From an uncultured Candidatus Saccharibacteria bacterium (GTDB taxonomy: Bacteria; Patescibacteriota; Dojkabacteria; JAOAGR01), in NCBI GenBank assembly GCA_964503755.1, contig CAZDBO010000002.1, positions 64,261 to 128,260 of the forward strand: a DNA stretch of 64,000 bases. The letters run 5' to 3'. Positions 9,837-19,502 of this stretch are shown here, piece by piece; within the stretch, counting starts at the first letter, position 1, and the number at the start of each line of letters is the position of its first letter. Position numbers and translations under genes: made by a program. A model generated the notes under the pieces. That model did no database searches and had not been told where the DNA came from. It saw nothing but the letters and a program-made list of their open reading frames with translations.

Positions 9837-9872
9837 AATCGACATTACAGTCTACATCACAATCTACAAATC

Positions 9873-10354
9873 CTAACCAATAATAGCTCGTTTAACAAAA
9901 TAACCCACAATACCACCACATGTAGCAACATTTAGTGAATTTTTAGTTCCAAATACAGGGATTCTGATTATATACTGAGAAATTTTTATCAATTCATCAG
10001 AGACCCCATTTATCTCATGTCCAAAAATTAAATATAAATTAGAATAATCATTGAACTTTACTTCTTCTAATTCGAATAAATCAATCTCATTTCGTACATT
10101 ACGACCTTCCTCTACAGAAAATATCAACAAATTTTTTTTATCTAAAGAATTTATAAAATCATCATAATTTTGAAAATAATGCCATTTCACTTTGTCGAGA
10201 GTACCTAACGATGTCTTTTCTAGTTTTTGACAATTTTTAGGAGTAGGGGAGATGCCAAGTAAAATTATTTCATAACCAAGACAATCAGCAGTGCGAAAAA
10301 AAGAACCTACATTAAATGCGGATCTGACATTATCAAGGACAAAAAATACTTTCA
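9873..10354 (-). CDS. SpoU/TrmH-family RNA 2'-O-methyltransferase (SPOUT)
   Basis: The three SPOUT motifs are present: LDNVRSAFNVGSFFRTADCLG, LIFGHEINGVSDEL and IRIPVFGTKNSLNVATCGGIVGYF. I chose the start at MKVFFVLDNV. Confidence 0.7.
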
Positions 10355-10374
10355 TAGATATAATAATATTAACA

Positions 10375-11454
10375 ATGAAAATCATATCATTACAAGACAT
10401 AGATCAACTTGCAGAAGAGATAAAAAAAGGAAAAATAGCTATTTTTCCGTTTGATACCTGTTATGGATTAGTAGGAGATGCAACAAATCAAGAAGTTATA
10501 AATAAAATTAGATTATATAAAGCTAAGAATTATCAAAATCCAATACCTACAGTTTATAACAACATAGAAGTTATAAAAGAATATGCGGAAATCGATGAAG
10601 GCGCTGAAAATTTTATAAAAAGATTTTTGCCAGGACCTTTTACCCTTATTCTTAGAGCAAAGCCTGAAAAATTTGCAAGAGATATCATCTCTGAAAAAAA
10701 CACCATCGGTGTACGAATTCCAGATTATGATCCAATTATCAAATTGGTTGAAAAAACAAAGATTCCTCTCACCGCAACATCAGCAAATAAACAAAATAAA
10801 AAAATACCCTATCAAATTGATGATATTACCAAATTTTTCGAAAAAGAAGATGAGGAAATAATTGATTATATTGTCGATGTAGGAATCTTACCTAAAAAAT
10901 TGCCATCAACAGTAGTAGACTTAACAACTCAAAATATAAGTGTGCTAAGAAAAGGCAATATCAAACATAATTTTAAAATTAAAGAAATTTACATAACTAA
11001 ATCAGAAGAAGAAACTATCTATCTAGCAAGCAATCTTACTAAAAAATATCTTGATGAAATAATAAAAAAACCTTTAATCTTTGCAATACATGGTGATATG
11101 GGCGCCGGTAAGACTCATTTTGCAAAAGGAATAGCAAAAGCATTGCAGATCAATGAAAATATTAAATCACCAACATTTACCATAATCAACGAATACATTA
11201 GCAATGCTAATGTTAAATTAGTACATATGGATACCTGGAGATTAGGTGATTTTGATTTAGATGAAGAATTACGAGATCTAAAATTTGATTCATACTTTCA
11301 AGAAAGAAGTAATGATAGATACAGTGTTATAATAATAGAATGGATTGAAAAAGTGTTAAATTACATAAGAAATAACCATCGTAATGTAAAAATAATATGG
11401 ATAGATATAGAAAAAATAGGCGATAACACAAGAAAAATAATAGTTGCAGAATAA
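10375..11454 (+). CDS. tsaC/tsaE: fused t6A biosynthesis protein: N-terminal TsaC/YrdC/Sua5-like domain and C-terminal TsaE (YjeE) P-loop domain
   Basis: The N-terminal part has IAIFPFDTCYGLVGDA, PGPFTLILRA and TATSANKQNK (YrdC-like). The C-terminal part has LIFAIHGDMGAGKTHFAKGIAKAL...SPTFTIINEY...LVHMDTWRL (TsaE Walker A and SPTF motifs). The start is at MKIISLQ (ATG 10375). Confidence 0.65.
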   Translation: MKIISLQDIDQLAEEIKKGKIAIFPFDTCYGLVGDATNQEVINKIRLYKAKNYQNPIPTVYNNIEVIKEYAEIDEGAENFIKRFLPGPFTLILRAKPEKFARDIISEKNTIGVRIPDYDPIIKLVEKTKIPLTATSANKQNKKIPYQIDDITKFFEKEDEEIIDYIVDVGILPKKLPSTVVDLTTQNISVLRKGNIKHNFKIKEIYITKSEEETIYLASNLTKKYLDEIIKKPLIFAIHGDMGAGKTHFAKGIAKALQINENIKSPTFTIINEYISNANVKLVHMDTWRLGDFDLDEELRDLKFDSYFQERSNDRYSVIIIEWIEKVLNYIRNNHRNVKIIWIDIEKIGDNTRKIIVAE

Positions 11455-11482
11455 GATAAATATAATAAAATACTAATAATTC

Positions 11483-11755
11483 ATGTCGGATTTTATTAAT
11501 AGAGTAAAAAGTCTTAAGTGGAGGTTAATAGGAATCATGACATTAGTACTGGTAGTTTTTGTATTTTTAATTTTAGTTTTTTTTTGGGTTAGAAATACTA
11601 TAGAAAAGGTTCAAAATACAGATAGATACAAATCAGCATATGATACTTTGCAAAGAGAACGTGAGTTTTGTAGAAAAATAGAAGGTACTAACCAAAGAAA
11701 AGAAATATTTTATTATTGTGATTTATTAGATGAAAGATTTAAAGATGTAAAATAA
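11483..11755 (+). CDS. small membrane protein, hypothetical
   Basis: A 90-aa ORF with one hydrophobic helix (LIGIMTLVLVVFVFLILVFFWV). Confidence 0.35.
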   Translation: MSDFINRVKSLKWRLIGIMTLVLVVFVFLILVFFWVRNTIEKVQNTDRYKSAYDTLQREREFCRKIEGTNQRKEIFYYCDLLDERFKDVK

Positions 11756-11780
11756 CATGGTTAAAGTAAAACTAGATATC

Positions 11781-11798
11781 CAGGGGTTAACCCCTGGG
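11781..11798. repeat. dispersed copy of the CCATGG-family palindrome (CCAGGGGTTAACCCCTGG), possible terminator
   Basis: A perfect 18-nt palindrome followed by GTCTCAT, as in the copy at 39761-39780. Confidence 0.6.
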
Positions 11799-11822
11799 TC
11801 TCATTTAAAGACCTAAAATAAT

Positions 11823-12056
11823 ATGGCTATAGTAAAACAAGTAAAATCAGAAACTAGTAAATATAATTATATCGATAAAATTTACACTGACGTAGAAAAA
11901 TCAGAAATCAAAAAAAAGAAAAAATCCCAAAAACTTAAGCAAGTCACTACAAACTATTATAAAATAAACAAAAAACAGTTATTTTTGATAATAGCAAATT
12001 ATATTTTAATGATCATTGTATCAATATCAATTTATCTTTTATCAATATATTTATGA
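11823..12056 (+). CDS. small membrane protein, hypothetical
   Basis: A 77-aa ORF with a Lys-rich N-terminus and a C-terminal hydrophobic helix. Confidence 0.3.
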   Translation: MAIVKQVKSETSKYNYIDKIYTDVEKSEIKKKKKSQKLKQVTTNYYKINKKQLFLIIANYILMIIVSISIYLLSIYL

Positions 12057-12505
12057 ACATACTTATAATATACGGTTCAACATTAGGCAAAACTGCCCGC
12101 ATAGCAGGGCTTATTGGTGCAGAATTAAGGAATCTAGGCGATGATGTTACATTACGTAATGTAACCAAAACTAATGTAGAAGATTTTAATGAATATGATC
12201 TCATCATACTCGGCTCAAGTACGTGGGACGATGGAATGCTCCAATTTGACTTTAGACCTTTTGCAGAAACATTAAAAAATACTGATTTATCAAAATATAA
12301 ATTTGCAATTTTTTGTCTAGGAAGTGAAAAATATCCTCATCCTTTTTACGCAGGCAAAACTTTAGAAGAGATTATACTTAGATCTGGAGGTAAGTTGATT
12401 ACAGACATATTTAATATAGATTTGGACCATGATGATGAAGAGACATTAAGGGATCATGAGGTAGTAGAATGGGTTAAAAATCTAGATTCTACATTAAAAA
12501 ATTAA
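12053..12505 (+). CDS. flavodoxin (short-chain)
   Basis: MNILIIYGSTLGKTARIAG... is the flavodoxin FMN-binding loop, and ...YDLIILGSSTWDDG is also typical. Confidence 0.7.
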   Translation: MNILIIYGSTLGKTARIAGLIGAELRNLGDDVTLRNVTKTNVEDFNEYDLIILGSSTWDDGMLQFDFRPFAETLKNTDLSKYKFAIFCLGSEKYPHPFYAGKTLEEIILRSGGKLITDIFNIDLDHDDEETLRDHEVVEWVKNLDSTLKN

Positions 12506-13259
12506 GAAGATGATCTCTAATTTGAATAATTGTTTTAGGTTCATTCTGCACTTCACTGGATCTATCTATATTCAAATACGGACTATCTGTTTCTAAACCA
12601 AACAACTCATTTGGATCATTTGATAATTCAGAAAGACGAAGAACTGCATCTCTCAGCTCTTTAGAATGAGGATAAACTACAATAGCACTGAGACCTAATC
12701 TCAATCCCAAATCTAGCATAGTCTTGCCTTGATCATATGTACCAGTAAAACAATGCCAAAAACCTTTACTTTTACTTTTATTATGTTTTCTCATCACAGA
12801 TTGGATCGAATGGTAAACCTCCTCAAACGAATCACGGATATGTACAGAAACAGGTTTATCAAAAACCAGTGCAAGTTCTAACATTTTTGAAAATATCTCA
12901 ATTTGAATATCTTTATTTTTCTGAGATCTTTTCAAATCTATACCAATTTCTCCAATATAATCTATATGTTCAGAATATTTTTCCACCAATTTTTGAACAC
13001 GATTATATTCATGTGAAGCATAATCACCGAGATCCTCTACCTCTAAAGGATGAATACCAACACCAATTTTCAAGCCAGAAAGACCCAAATTTTGTTTCAT
13101 CTTTATCAATTCTAGTGAACTATCAAAATCAAGTCCCATACTATGAATTTCTGAAACTCCCTCAGATAAATTTGATTGAACAATTTGTACTGGATCTTGA
13201 TAATATTTAGAAATAATATGACAATGGTGGTCAATAAGTAAAAGTTTTTCCATGAGCAA
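12489..13259 (-). CDS. tatD: TatD-family metal-dependent DNase/hydrolase
   Basis: The motifs LIDHHCHI, GEIGIDL, HCFTG and ETDSPYL are present. Confidence 0.75.
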   Translation of the reverse strand: MLMEKLLLIDHHCHIISKYYQDPVQIVQSNLSEGVSEIHSMGLDFDSSLELIKMKQNLGLSGLKIGVGIHPLEVEDLGDYASHEYNRVQKLVEKYSEHIDYIGEIGIDLKRSQKNKDIQIEIFSKMLELALVFDKPVSVHIRDSFEEVYHSIQSVMRKHNKSKSKGFWHCFTGTYDQGKTMLDLGLRLGLSAIVVYPHSKELRDAVLRLSELSNDPNELFGLETDSPYLNIDRSSEVQNEPKTIIQIRDHLLNFLM

Positions 13260-13278
13260 AAGATTTTAATCAATTTAA

Positions 13279-13866
13279 TTATTTTTGAAAACTCTTGCGT
13301 ATTTTTTCTACTAACTCCATAAATTCATCAAAAGAATCTAAAGGATCATGAGCTATCCGCATATAATAATCTGCAAGATGTCTTCTACGTTTTTCTTCCA
13401 TAATAAAATCAAATCGTCTTTCAAACTCTTCATCAAAATTATCATTCTCTTTAATAGTTGCTTTCACAGACTCTTTTATAAAATCTACGTCAGGTATATC
13501 TAAAAAAATACTAATACTTTTGGGATAGTGTCTTTTAAAAACAGGTAAATTTACAACATTTATCACGGAAAATAATACTTGTCCTGTATATTCTTCTAAT
13601 GATTTATCAATATCTTTTCTTTTTTTGCCGTATCTATACCCATTAGAAATTAGTTTCTGCCATTCGACAAACTCACCTTGATCTATAGACTCCGTGAATT
13701 CTTCAGGAGAAATAAAATAATATTCTTCACCATACATTTCATGATCTTGTCTCGGTCTGTCAGTATAAGCAACAAGTCGTTTATACCCATCTTGCTGTAT
13801 AGCTTTTTCTATAAGTCTACTTTTTCTTAGTCCAGAAGGACCTGTTATACATATCAAAAGCGCCAT
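13279..13866 (-). CDS. gmk: guanylate kinase-like protein
   Basis: The P-loop is ICITGPSGLRKSRL. It also has ...YTDRPRQDHEMYGEEYYFISPEEF... and a divergent but recognisable GMPK layout. Confidence 0.6.
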   Translation of the reverse strand: MALLICITGPSGLRKSRLIEKAIQQDGYKRLVAYTDRPRQDHEMYGEEYYFISPEEFTESIDQGEFVEWQKLISNGYRYGKKRKDIDKSLEEYTGQVLFSVINVVNLPVFKRHYPKSISIFLDIPDVDFIKESVKATIKENDNFDEEFERRFDFIMEEKRRRHLADYYMRIAHDPLDSFDEFMELVEKIRKSFQK

Positions 13867-13868
13867 AA

Positions 13869-15362
13869 TTATCTAAATATTTTTAACCTTTCCAAGACCT
13901 CATCCCATCCTAGTATTTCTAACATCTCAAAAAGTGGCGGCGAGTATCTGCTTCCTGTAATACTAATTCTTAAAAGCATGAACATATCCCCGTGTTTCCA
14001 CCCTATCTCATCCGCTTTTGATCTGATAACACTCTCCCAATCTGGATGAGATATAGGTCTTTTAAGTGTACTTATTATATCATATAATGATTTAATTTGC
14101 TCTATACATTCTTGATTCGTGTGATTTGTCGGAGAGAAATTTATATTATTTATATCAGGTCTCAAAAATAAAAACTGTACACTTGATAATACATCGACAA
14201 ATTTTGAAATTCTGGTATTTAATAATGACAAAACTTTATCCAAAATTGATTCATCTTGTAGCAGTCTTTCTAAAACATATCTGAGATTAGATATATCACA
14301 AAATCTCTCCAAATATAGAAAATCAGTTCTCGCCCATTTGTAAAATCGTTCTTTTAATTCTTCTAAGGACAACAATCGAATATGCATTCCATTCATCCAA
14401 TCTAATTTTGCTTGATTGAACTTAGCATTTGTTTTTAATATTTTTGTTTCGTCAATTTGATTAAAAATCTGATCTTTTGTCATTACTTCGTCATTTCTTG
14501 ATGCAAAATGAAAAGATGATGAAATAACAACAATATAATTTAATATTGCTTCAGGCAAGTACCCTTCGGCTCTAAACTGCAAAAGAGACTTTGCCCCGTC
14601 ACGTTTTGACAGTTTTCCAGGCTTATTTTCGTTAAGAATATCAGAAAAGTGAGTAAATCTAGGTATATCCCATCCAAAAGCTTTGTATACTAATATTTGT
14701 TTTGGCGTGTTAATAAGATGTTGTCTTCCTCTTACAACATCTGTAATTTCCATCTCATGGTCATCTACCACTACGGCAAAATTATAGATAGGATATCCAT
14801 TGGATCTCTGAATAACGAAATCACCAATAGTATCAGTATTGACCTCAATTCGACCAAATACTGTATCTTCAAAGACAATAATCTCGTTTTTAGGTACCTT
14901 TAGTCGTACAACATATTTTCTTCCTTCTTTCTCATAGTTTTGGATTTGTTCTGGACTTAGATATCTGTGATATCCAGGATAAACTAGAGGTTTATTCTGT
15001 GCTCTGAGATTTTCCATTATTTCTTTAAGTTCCTCCTCCGTCTCGTATGCTTTGTAAGCTTTGCCCTCAGCTAATAATTGATCTATATCTTTTTGATAGA
15101 TATGCAGTCTTTGAGACTGAAAATATTCATCAGGAGTTGCACTTTTTGGTCCCTCATCATACACTCCAAGCCAACGAAAATCTTCAAGCATGCTTTCTAT
15201 AACTTCAGGTTTATTGCGTTTTTGATCAGTATCTTCTATCCTTAAAATAAATTTACCATTATATTTTTTTGCCAATGCATAATTAATAAGATACCCTTTG
15301 GCATGTCCAAGATGTAGATAACCCGTAGGACTAGGTGCTATTCGAAACTTTCTTATTTTCAT
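13869..15362 (-). CDS. gltX: glutamyl-tRNA synthetase
   Basis: Class I HIGH (PSPTGYLHLGHAKG) and KMSKS-like (KLSKRDGA) motifs are present. It is 497 aa with a typical GluRS layout. Confidence 0.85.
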   Translation of the reverse strand: MKIRKFRIAPSPTGYLHLGHAKGYLINYALAKKYNGKFILRIEDTDQKRNKPEVIESMLEDFRWLGVYDEGPKSATPDEYFQSQRLHIYQKDIDQLLAEGKAYKAYETEEELKEIMENLRAQNKPLVYPGYHRYLSPEQIQNYEKEGRKYVVRLKVPKNEIIVFEDTVFGRIEVNTDTIGDFVIQRSNGYPIYNFAVVVDDHEMEITDVVRGRQHLINTPKQILVYKAFGWDIPRFTHFSDILNENKPGKLSKRDGAKSLLQFRAEGYLPEAILNYIVVISSSFHFASRNDEVMTKDQIFNQIDETKILKTNAKFNQAKLDWMNGMHIRLLSLEELKERFYKWARTDFLYLERFCDISNLRYVLERLLQDESILDKVLSLLNTRISKFVDVLSSVQFLFLRPDINNINFSPTNHTNQECIEQIKSLYDIISTLKRPISHPDWESVIRSKADEIGWKHGDMFMLLRISITGSRYSPPLFEMLEILGWDEVLERLKIFR

Positions 15363-15406
15363 GTAAAAATTTTATCATAATCTATTGTGATATACTTTAT
15401 TAATTT

Positions 15407-16969
15407 ATGAAAATATACTGCATAGCTATTTGCGGTAAAGGAATAGGAAACTTAGCTGTACTTCTTAAAAAACAAGGCCATGATGTCAGAGGATCTGAAT
15501 TTTCAGAGAAAACATTTTACCCTCCGATGTCCACATATCTCAAAGAGAACTATATCCCAGTAGATATTGGTTTTCATCCAGATAAAATCACAAAGGATTA
15601 TGATCTCATCATTCTTGGTGGTGCTGCACTTATACATGATAAAAATAATCCACAAGTACAAAAAGCAAAAGAACTAGGATTAAATATAATATCTTTTGCT
15701 AGAGGAATTGGAGATTTTATAGCAGAGGAAGAAGCAATAGAAATAATTGGAAATCATGGAAAAACAACTATTACCTCAATAATCGCTTGGTGTTTTCAAA
15801 AAATGGGAGTAGATGCTTCATATTTTATAGGTGAAGTCCCTAAAAATATGCAAGAATCCATTCACAAAGGAACATCACGTTATTCAGTAGTCGAAGGTGA
15901 TGAACATCCTTCTTTGTATCAGGAAAAAGGTGGAAAATTTTTATACCATAAACCTAAACATGTATTATTTACATCTGCCGACTGGGATCATAAAAACATT
16001 TATAGAACAGAAAAATCATATATGAGAGCATTTCTCGAACTATTTGAAATACTTCCTGAGGATGGGAGTATTGTAGCTTGTATGGATGGTATCAATGTAC
16101 CTGAGATATTAACAAAAATATCAAAAAATCTACCAGTATATTTATATACCCTCGGTGCTTTCAAATCTGGAGATACAAATTTTGATTTTGAAGAAGCTAT
16201 AAATCATATCAAAGATAAATTTACAAAATTCAAAAACAAATACAGAAAACTTGGAAAATTGGTTAAAAAAATTTATTTTATTTCTTATTTAGATTATAAC
16301 TACAGTCCCGATGAAACTCGATTTCAAGTTTGTTATTTCGATGTGGAGACGGAAGAAATTGAAATCATAGGACATTTTATCACACATCTTATTGGAAATA
16401 TTGGAGTAGAAAATTCTCTTGCATCAATAGCTAGACTGCACAGTTTGTGTTTCAAATATGTTCAGATAAATGAAGGCATAGAAACATTTATGGGACAGAC
16501 ACGCAGATTAGAACTTGTATATAACAAAGGATATAAAGTAATCAATGACTTTGCACATTCACCGATCAAAATAAAATCAACATTACATGCAGTACGTCAA
16601 AAATACAAAAATCAACAGATTTTTGTAATATTTCATGTAACACAATCCGGCTTAAAAGAAAAAACAACTTTTTACCAATTGAAACATGTATTTAATGAAG
16701 CTAATTTTGTAATTATTCCACCAGTAAATCCAAATCCTGATGCAGAAGAGAAATTTTATGGTAAAGATTATCAAAATTTGATAAAAGAAGGAGCCGAAGA
16801 AGATGGAGAGTACCTAAAACCAACAAATGTATATTACACCCCAATAATTCATCAAATTAGAAGTATATTAGAAAATAATCTAAAAAAAGACGATATTGTA
16901 TTAATTATGTCTAGTGGTAATGTTAGTGAGATACTTGAGATTGTTTCTGGCATAAATCTACACTCATAA
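15407..16969 (+). CDS. mpl: Mur ligase family protein, Mpl-like (UDP-N-acetylmuramate:tripeptide ligase) / MurC-like
   Basis: The N-terminus MKIYCIAICGKGIGNLAVLLKKQGHDVRGSE...YPPMSTYL resembles Mpl. The ATP site is IIGNHGKTTITSIIA. Confidence 0.6.
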   Translation: MKIYCIAICGKGIGNLAVLLKKQGHDVRGSEFSEKTFYPPMSTYLKENYIPVDIGFHPDKITKDYDLIILGGAALIHDKNNPQVQKAKELGLNIISFARGIGDFIAEEEAIEIIGNHGKTTITSIIAWCFQKMGVDASYFIGEVPKNMQESIHKGTSRYSVVEGDEHPSLYQEKGGKFLYHKPKHVLFTSADWDHKNIYRTEKSYMRAFLELFEILPEDGSIVACMDGINVPEILTKISKNLPVYLYTLGAFKSGDTNFDFEEAINHIKDKFTKFKNKYRKLGKLVKKIYFISYLDYNYSPDETRFQVCYFDVETEEIEIIGHFITHLIGNIGVENSLASIARLHSLCFKYVQINEGIETFMGQTRRLELVYNKGYKVINDFAHSPIKIKSTLHAVRQKYKNQQIFVIFHVTQSGLKEKTTFYQLKHVFNEANFVIIPPVNPNPDAEEKFYGKDYQNLIKEGAEEDGEYLKPTNVYYTPIIHQIRSILENNLKKDDIVLIMSSGNVSEILEIVSGINLHS

Positions 16970-17942
16970 GCAGAAAATATTTTATTGCCATATACTCCGA
17001 TATTTTTCCAAGTTTGATACTATATTCACGTTCAAGTAAAATTGAATTAATAGAATAGAGAAGACCAAGGTTAATTTTACTTCTAAGTGGGTAAAATTTT
17101 TTATAAAAGAAATATCCATATGTAGCTATTATACTTTTAACATTGTTGTTTTTATCGTATTCTAAAAATTTAATAGCATTAATCACATAGTTATAGATTG
17201 CATACATAATTTGCATAGCTGGTATATCTTCACTTTCAAATTTTTGTAATTGCGAAACGATTTCGGCAAACAATTTATTAGATGGAGAAATCACATATTC
17301 TAAAAAGATTTCACCAAATTTCCATACCGCAAAAGGATCACCCTGAACAAAACATATTTTATAAATCATTTCTGAAGAAATTGCTTTTGTACCACTAGAT
17401 TGAATGTGCAATTTTAATTTATTTAACTCATTTTTTATTGCAAACAAATCTTTGTTAGTCACAGTAAGCAACGCATCAATAGCTTCTGAATCTATATTTT
17501 TCAAATATTTACGAATATATTCTTTTATCTGGCTTTCGGATAATTTTTTTACTTCAATTATTTTCCCATATTTTTCAATAGCTTTATACAATTTTGTAGT
17601 CTTAGGTACTAAAGATTTAGAAAAAAACAAAATTATATTTTGTGTATCCAAATATTTTTCAATATTTTTTACAAGATCTTCAACATAAGGCAACAGTTTA
17701 TTTGCATCAAAAATAGAATCAATAGTAAATGCTGTTTTATTATCAAATAATGAAACCGAATCTAATATGTTTTGCACATCATACCAGCTATTATTAATTT
17801 CTGTATCTATTAATCTTATCTCAAAACCTTTTTCTACCAATATTTTTCTTACCTTTTGTAGCTCATGCAAAACAAGATACTCATCTTCTCCATGTAATAA
17901 AATAATGTTTTTATCAAGGCTGACCATAAAATCATTCTTCAA
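16923..17942 (-). CDS. holA: DNA polymerase III delta subunit
   Basis: ...IILLHGEDEYLVLHELQKV... is the HolA N-terminal signature. The size (339 aa) and helical C-terminal region fit. Confidence 0.5.
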   Translation of the reverse strand: MKNDFMVSLDKNIILLHGEDEYLVLHELQKVRKILVEKGFEIRLIDTEINNSWYDVQNILDSVSLFDNKTAFTIDSIFDANKLLPYVEDLVKNIEKYLDTQNIILFFSKSLVPKTTKLYKAIEKYGKIIEVKKLSESQIKEYIRKYLKNIDSEAIDALLTVTNKDLFAIKNELNKLKLHIQSSGTKAISSEMIYKICFVQGDPFAVWKFGEIFLEYVISPSNKLFAEIVSQLQKFESEDIPAMQIMYAIYNYVINAIKFLEYDKNNNVKSIIATYGYFFYKKFYPLRSKINLGLLYSINSILLEREYSIKLGKISEYMAIKYFLLMSVDLCQKQSQVSH

Positions 17943-18480
17943 CTATTATAGTTCCAAAATTTAATTCTGATTCGGGCAGTTGTGGATTTTTATATGTATA
18001 AGTTCCTGTTTCTTTTATTCTTATGCTTTCTCGTCGGCCTGGCTCTACGGCAAGACGCCTGCCATTTGAAATTTCTATAAGAAATATGCTATCTGTCGTA
18101 TTTAGAAAATACAAAACTGTATCTTTTTTAATACGAATTGGATTGGGAGAAAATCTCTCAGTAATAACAATTGTATTAATAGTCTGAGACAATGTTTGTT
18201 CATCCTTTGATGCGTATGTAGGATAATCTATCACTACAGGAGATAGTATAACCATGCTATTTGTTGGCGTTTTTACATTATTTCTGACTCTATTTCTATT
18301 TGTTTCACTGGTATTTTCTGTATTATTACTAAAAAAAGGAGCAAAAAATGAATATCCAGCAGTAATAATAAACACAATGAAAAGAAAAATAATAATCTTT
18401 CTTGCAATATCTTTATCGCTAAGCTTATTATTAACTTTTTTATTCAATTTTTTTTCGACAGGTTGTCTAGTCAATTTCAT
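17932..18480 (-). CDS. hypothetical membrane-anchored protein
   Basis: A 182-aa ORF with an N-terminal TM helix and no recognised motif. Confidence 0.35.
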   Translation of the reverse strand: MKLTRQPVEKKLNKKVNNKLSDKDIARKIIIFLFIVFIITAGYSFFAPFFSNNTENTSETNRNRVRNNVKTPTNSMVILSPVVIDYPTYASKDEQTLSQTINTIVITERFSPNPIRIKKDTVLYFLNTTDSIFLIEISNGRRLAVEPGRRESIRIKETGTYTYKNPQLPESELNFGTIIVEE

Positions 18481-19244
18481 ATCCGCTCCAATATTTCTTT
18501 AGCTAAAAATTCATAAGCTTTAGCACCTGGTGAGTTTGGATCATAAAAATTTATCGGTTTTCCATGAGATGGTGCTTCAGACAAACGGACATTACGAGGT
18601 ATAACAGTATTAAAAACTTTCTTACCAAAATGCTTACGTACTTCGTTTACAACATCTTGCGAAAGCCTGGTGCGACCGTCAAACATCGTCATAATAACAC
18701 CCAAGATTTTGAGTTTTGAATTTAAATTATCTTTTATCAAATTAATAGTATTTATCAGCTGTGAAATACCTTCTAACGCAAAATATTCACATTGCACCGG
18801 TATCACAACATAATCACTAGCTACTAAAGAATTTAATGTTAGTAAACTTAATGAGGGTGGACAATCTATAAATATGAAATCATATTGATCTTTTATTGGA
18901 TCTAATTTGGTTTTCAATATTTTTTCACGTGATAATCTAGAAATTATTTCAATTTCAGCACCTGCAAGGTCTATCTTGGATGGTAAAAGGTACAAATTTG
19001 GAGACAAATCCGTTTGGATGAAGACCTGATTCGCACTAAGATCATCAACTAATAGTTCATAAGTACTTAAATAAGATTGAGATCTATGAAAACCAACACC
19101 TGATGTGAGATTGCTTTGAGGATCCATATCAACAAGCAAAACCTTATTTCCCCAAAAAGCTAAATAAGAAGCTATATTTATCGCTGTAGTCGTTTTACCA
19201 ACTCCTCCTTTTTGATTTGCAAATACTATAATCATTTGATTCAT
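18477..19244 (-). CDS. parA: ParA/Soj-family chromosome partitioning ATPase
   Basis: The deviant Walker A is ANQKGGVGKTTTAINIA. It is 255 aa. Confidence 0.85.
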   Translation of the reverse strand: MNQMIIVFANQKGGVGKTTTAINIASYLAFWGNKVLLVDMDPQSNLTSGVGFHRSQSYLSTYELLVDDLSANQVFIQTDLSPNLYLLPSKIDLAGAEIEIISRLSREKILKTKLDPIKDQYDFIFIDCPPSLSLLTLNSLVASDYVVIPVQCEYFALEGISQLINTINLIKDNLNSKLKILGVIMTMFDGRTRLSQDVVNEVRKHFGKKVFNTVIPRNVRLSEAPSHGKPINFYDPNSPGAKAYEFLAKEILERI

Positions 19245-19502
19245 TATAACAAAAAGTAAATAGTTTATTATCTATTAATCAGAATTCCAATCTTGATATA
19301 TTGTAAATTACTTGAATTCAATTTACTCAAAATTGTTTTAGAAATAAATAACAGTCACAATAAAATAATCAGATTCAAATTTCATAAAATGTAGTGTGAT
19401 ACTGATGTCAATTTTTAATTTAGCAGTTTATTACCATATCTTGTATATACACATATATATTTACTTGATAATTTTTATATTTTTTGATATTTATCATTTT
19501 GT

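Noticed and set aside
9028-9872. Possible CRISPR array
   Set aside because: The palindromes are imperfect variants spaced irregularly (about 90-220 bp). The direct repeats are AT-rich and not uniform, and there are no cas genes. This is not a CRISPR architecture.
10673-10861. 62-aa ORF inside the tsaC-tsaE gene in another frame
   Set aside because: It is embedded in a well-supported longer ORF and has no independent signal.
16923-16969. 47-nt convergent overlap of the Mur ligase and holA 3' ends
   Set aside because: It is probably a tolerated convergent overlap or slight over-extension of one ORF. It is not a distinct feature.
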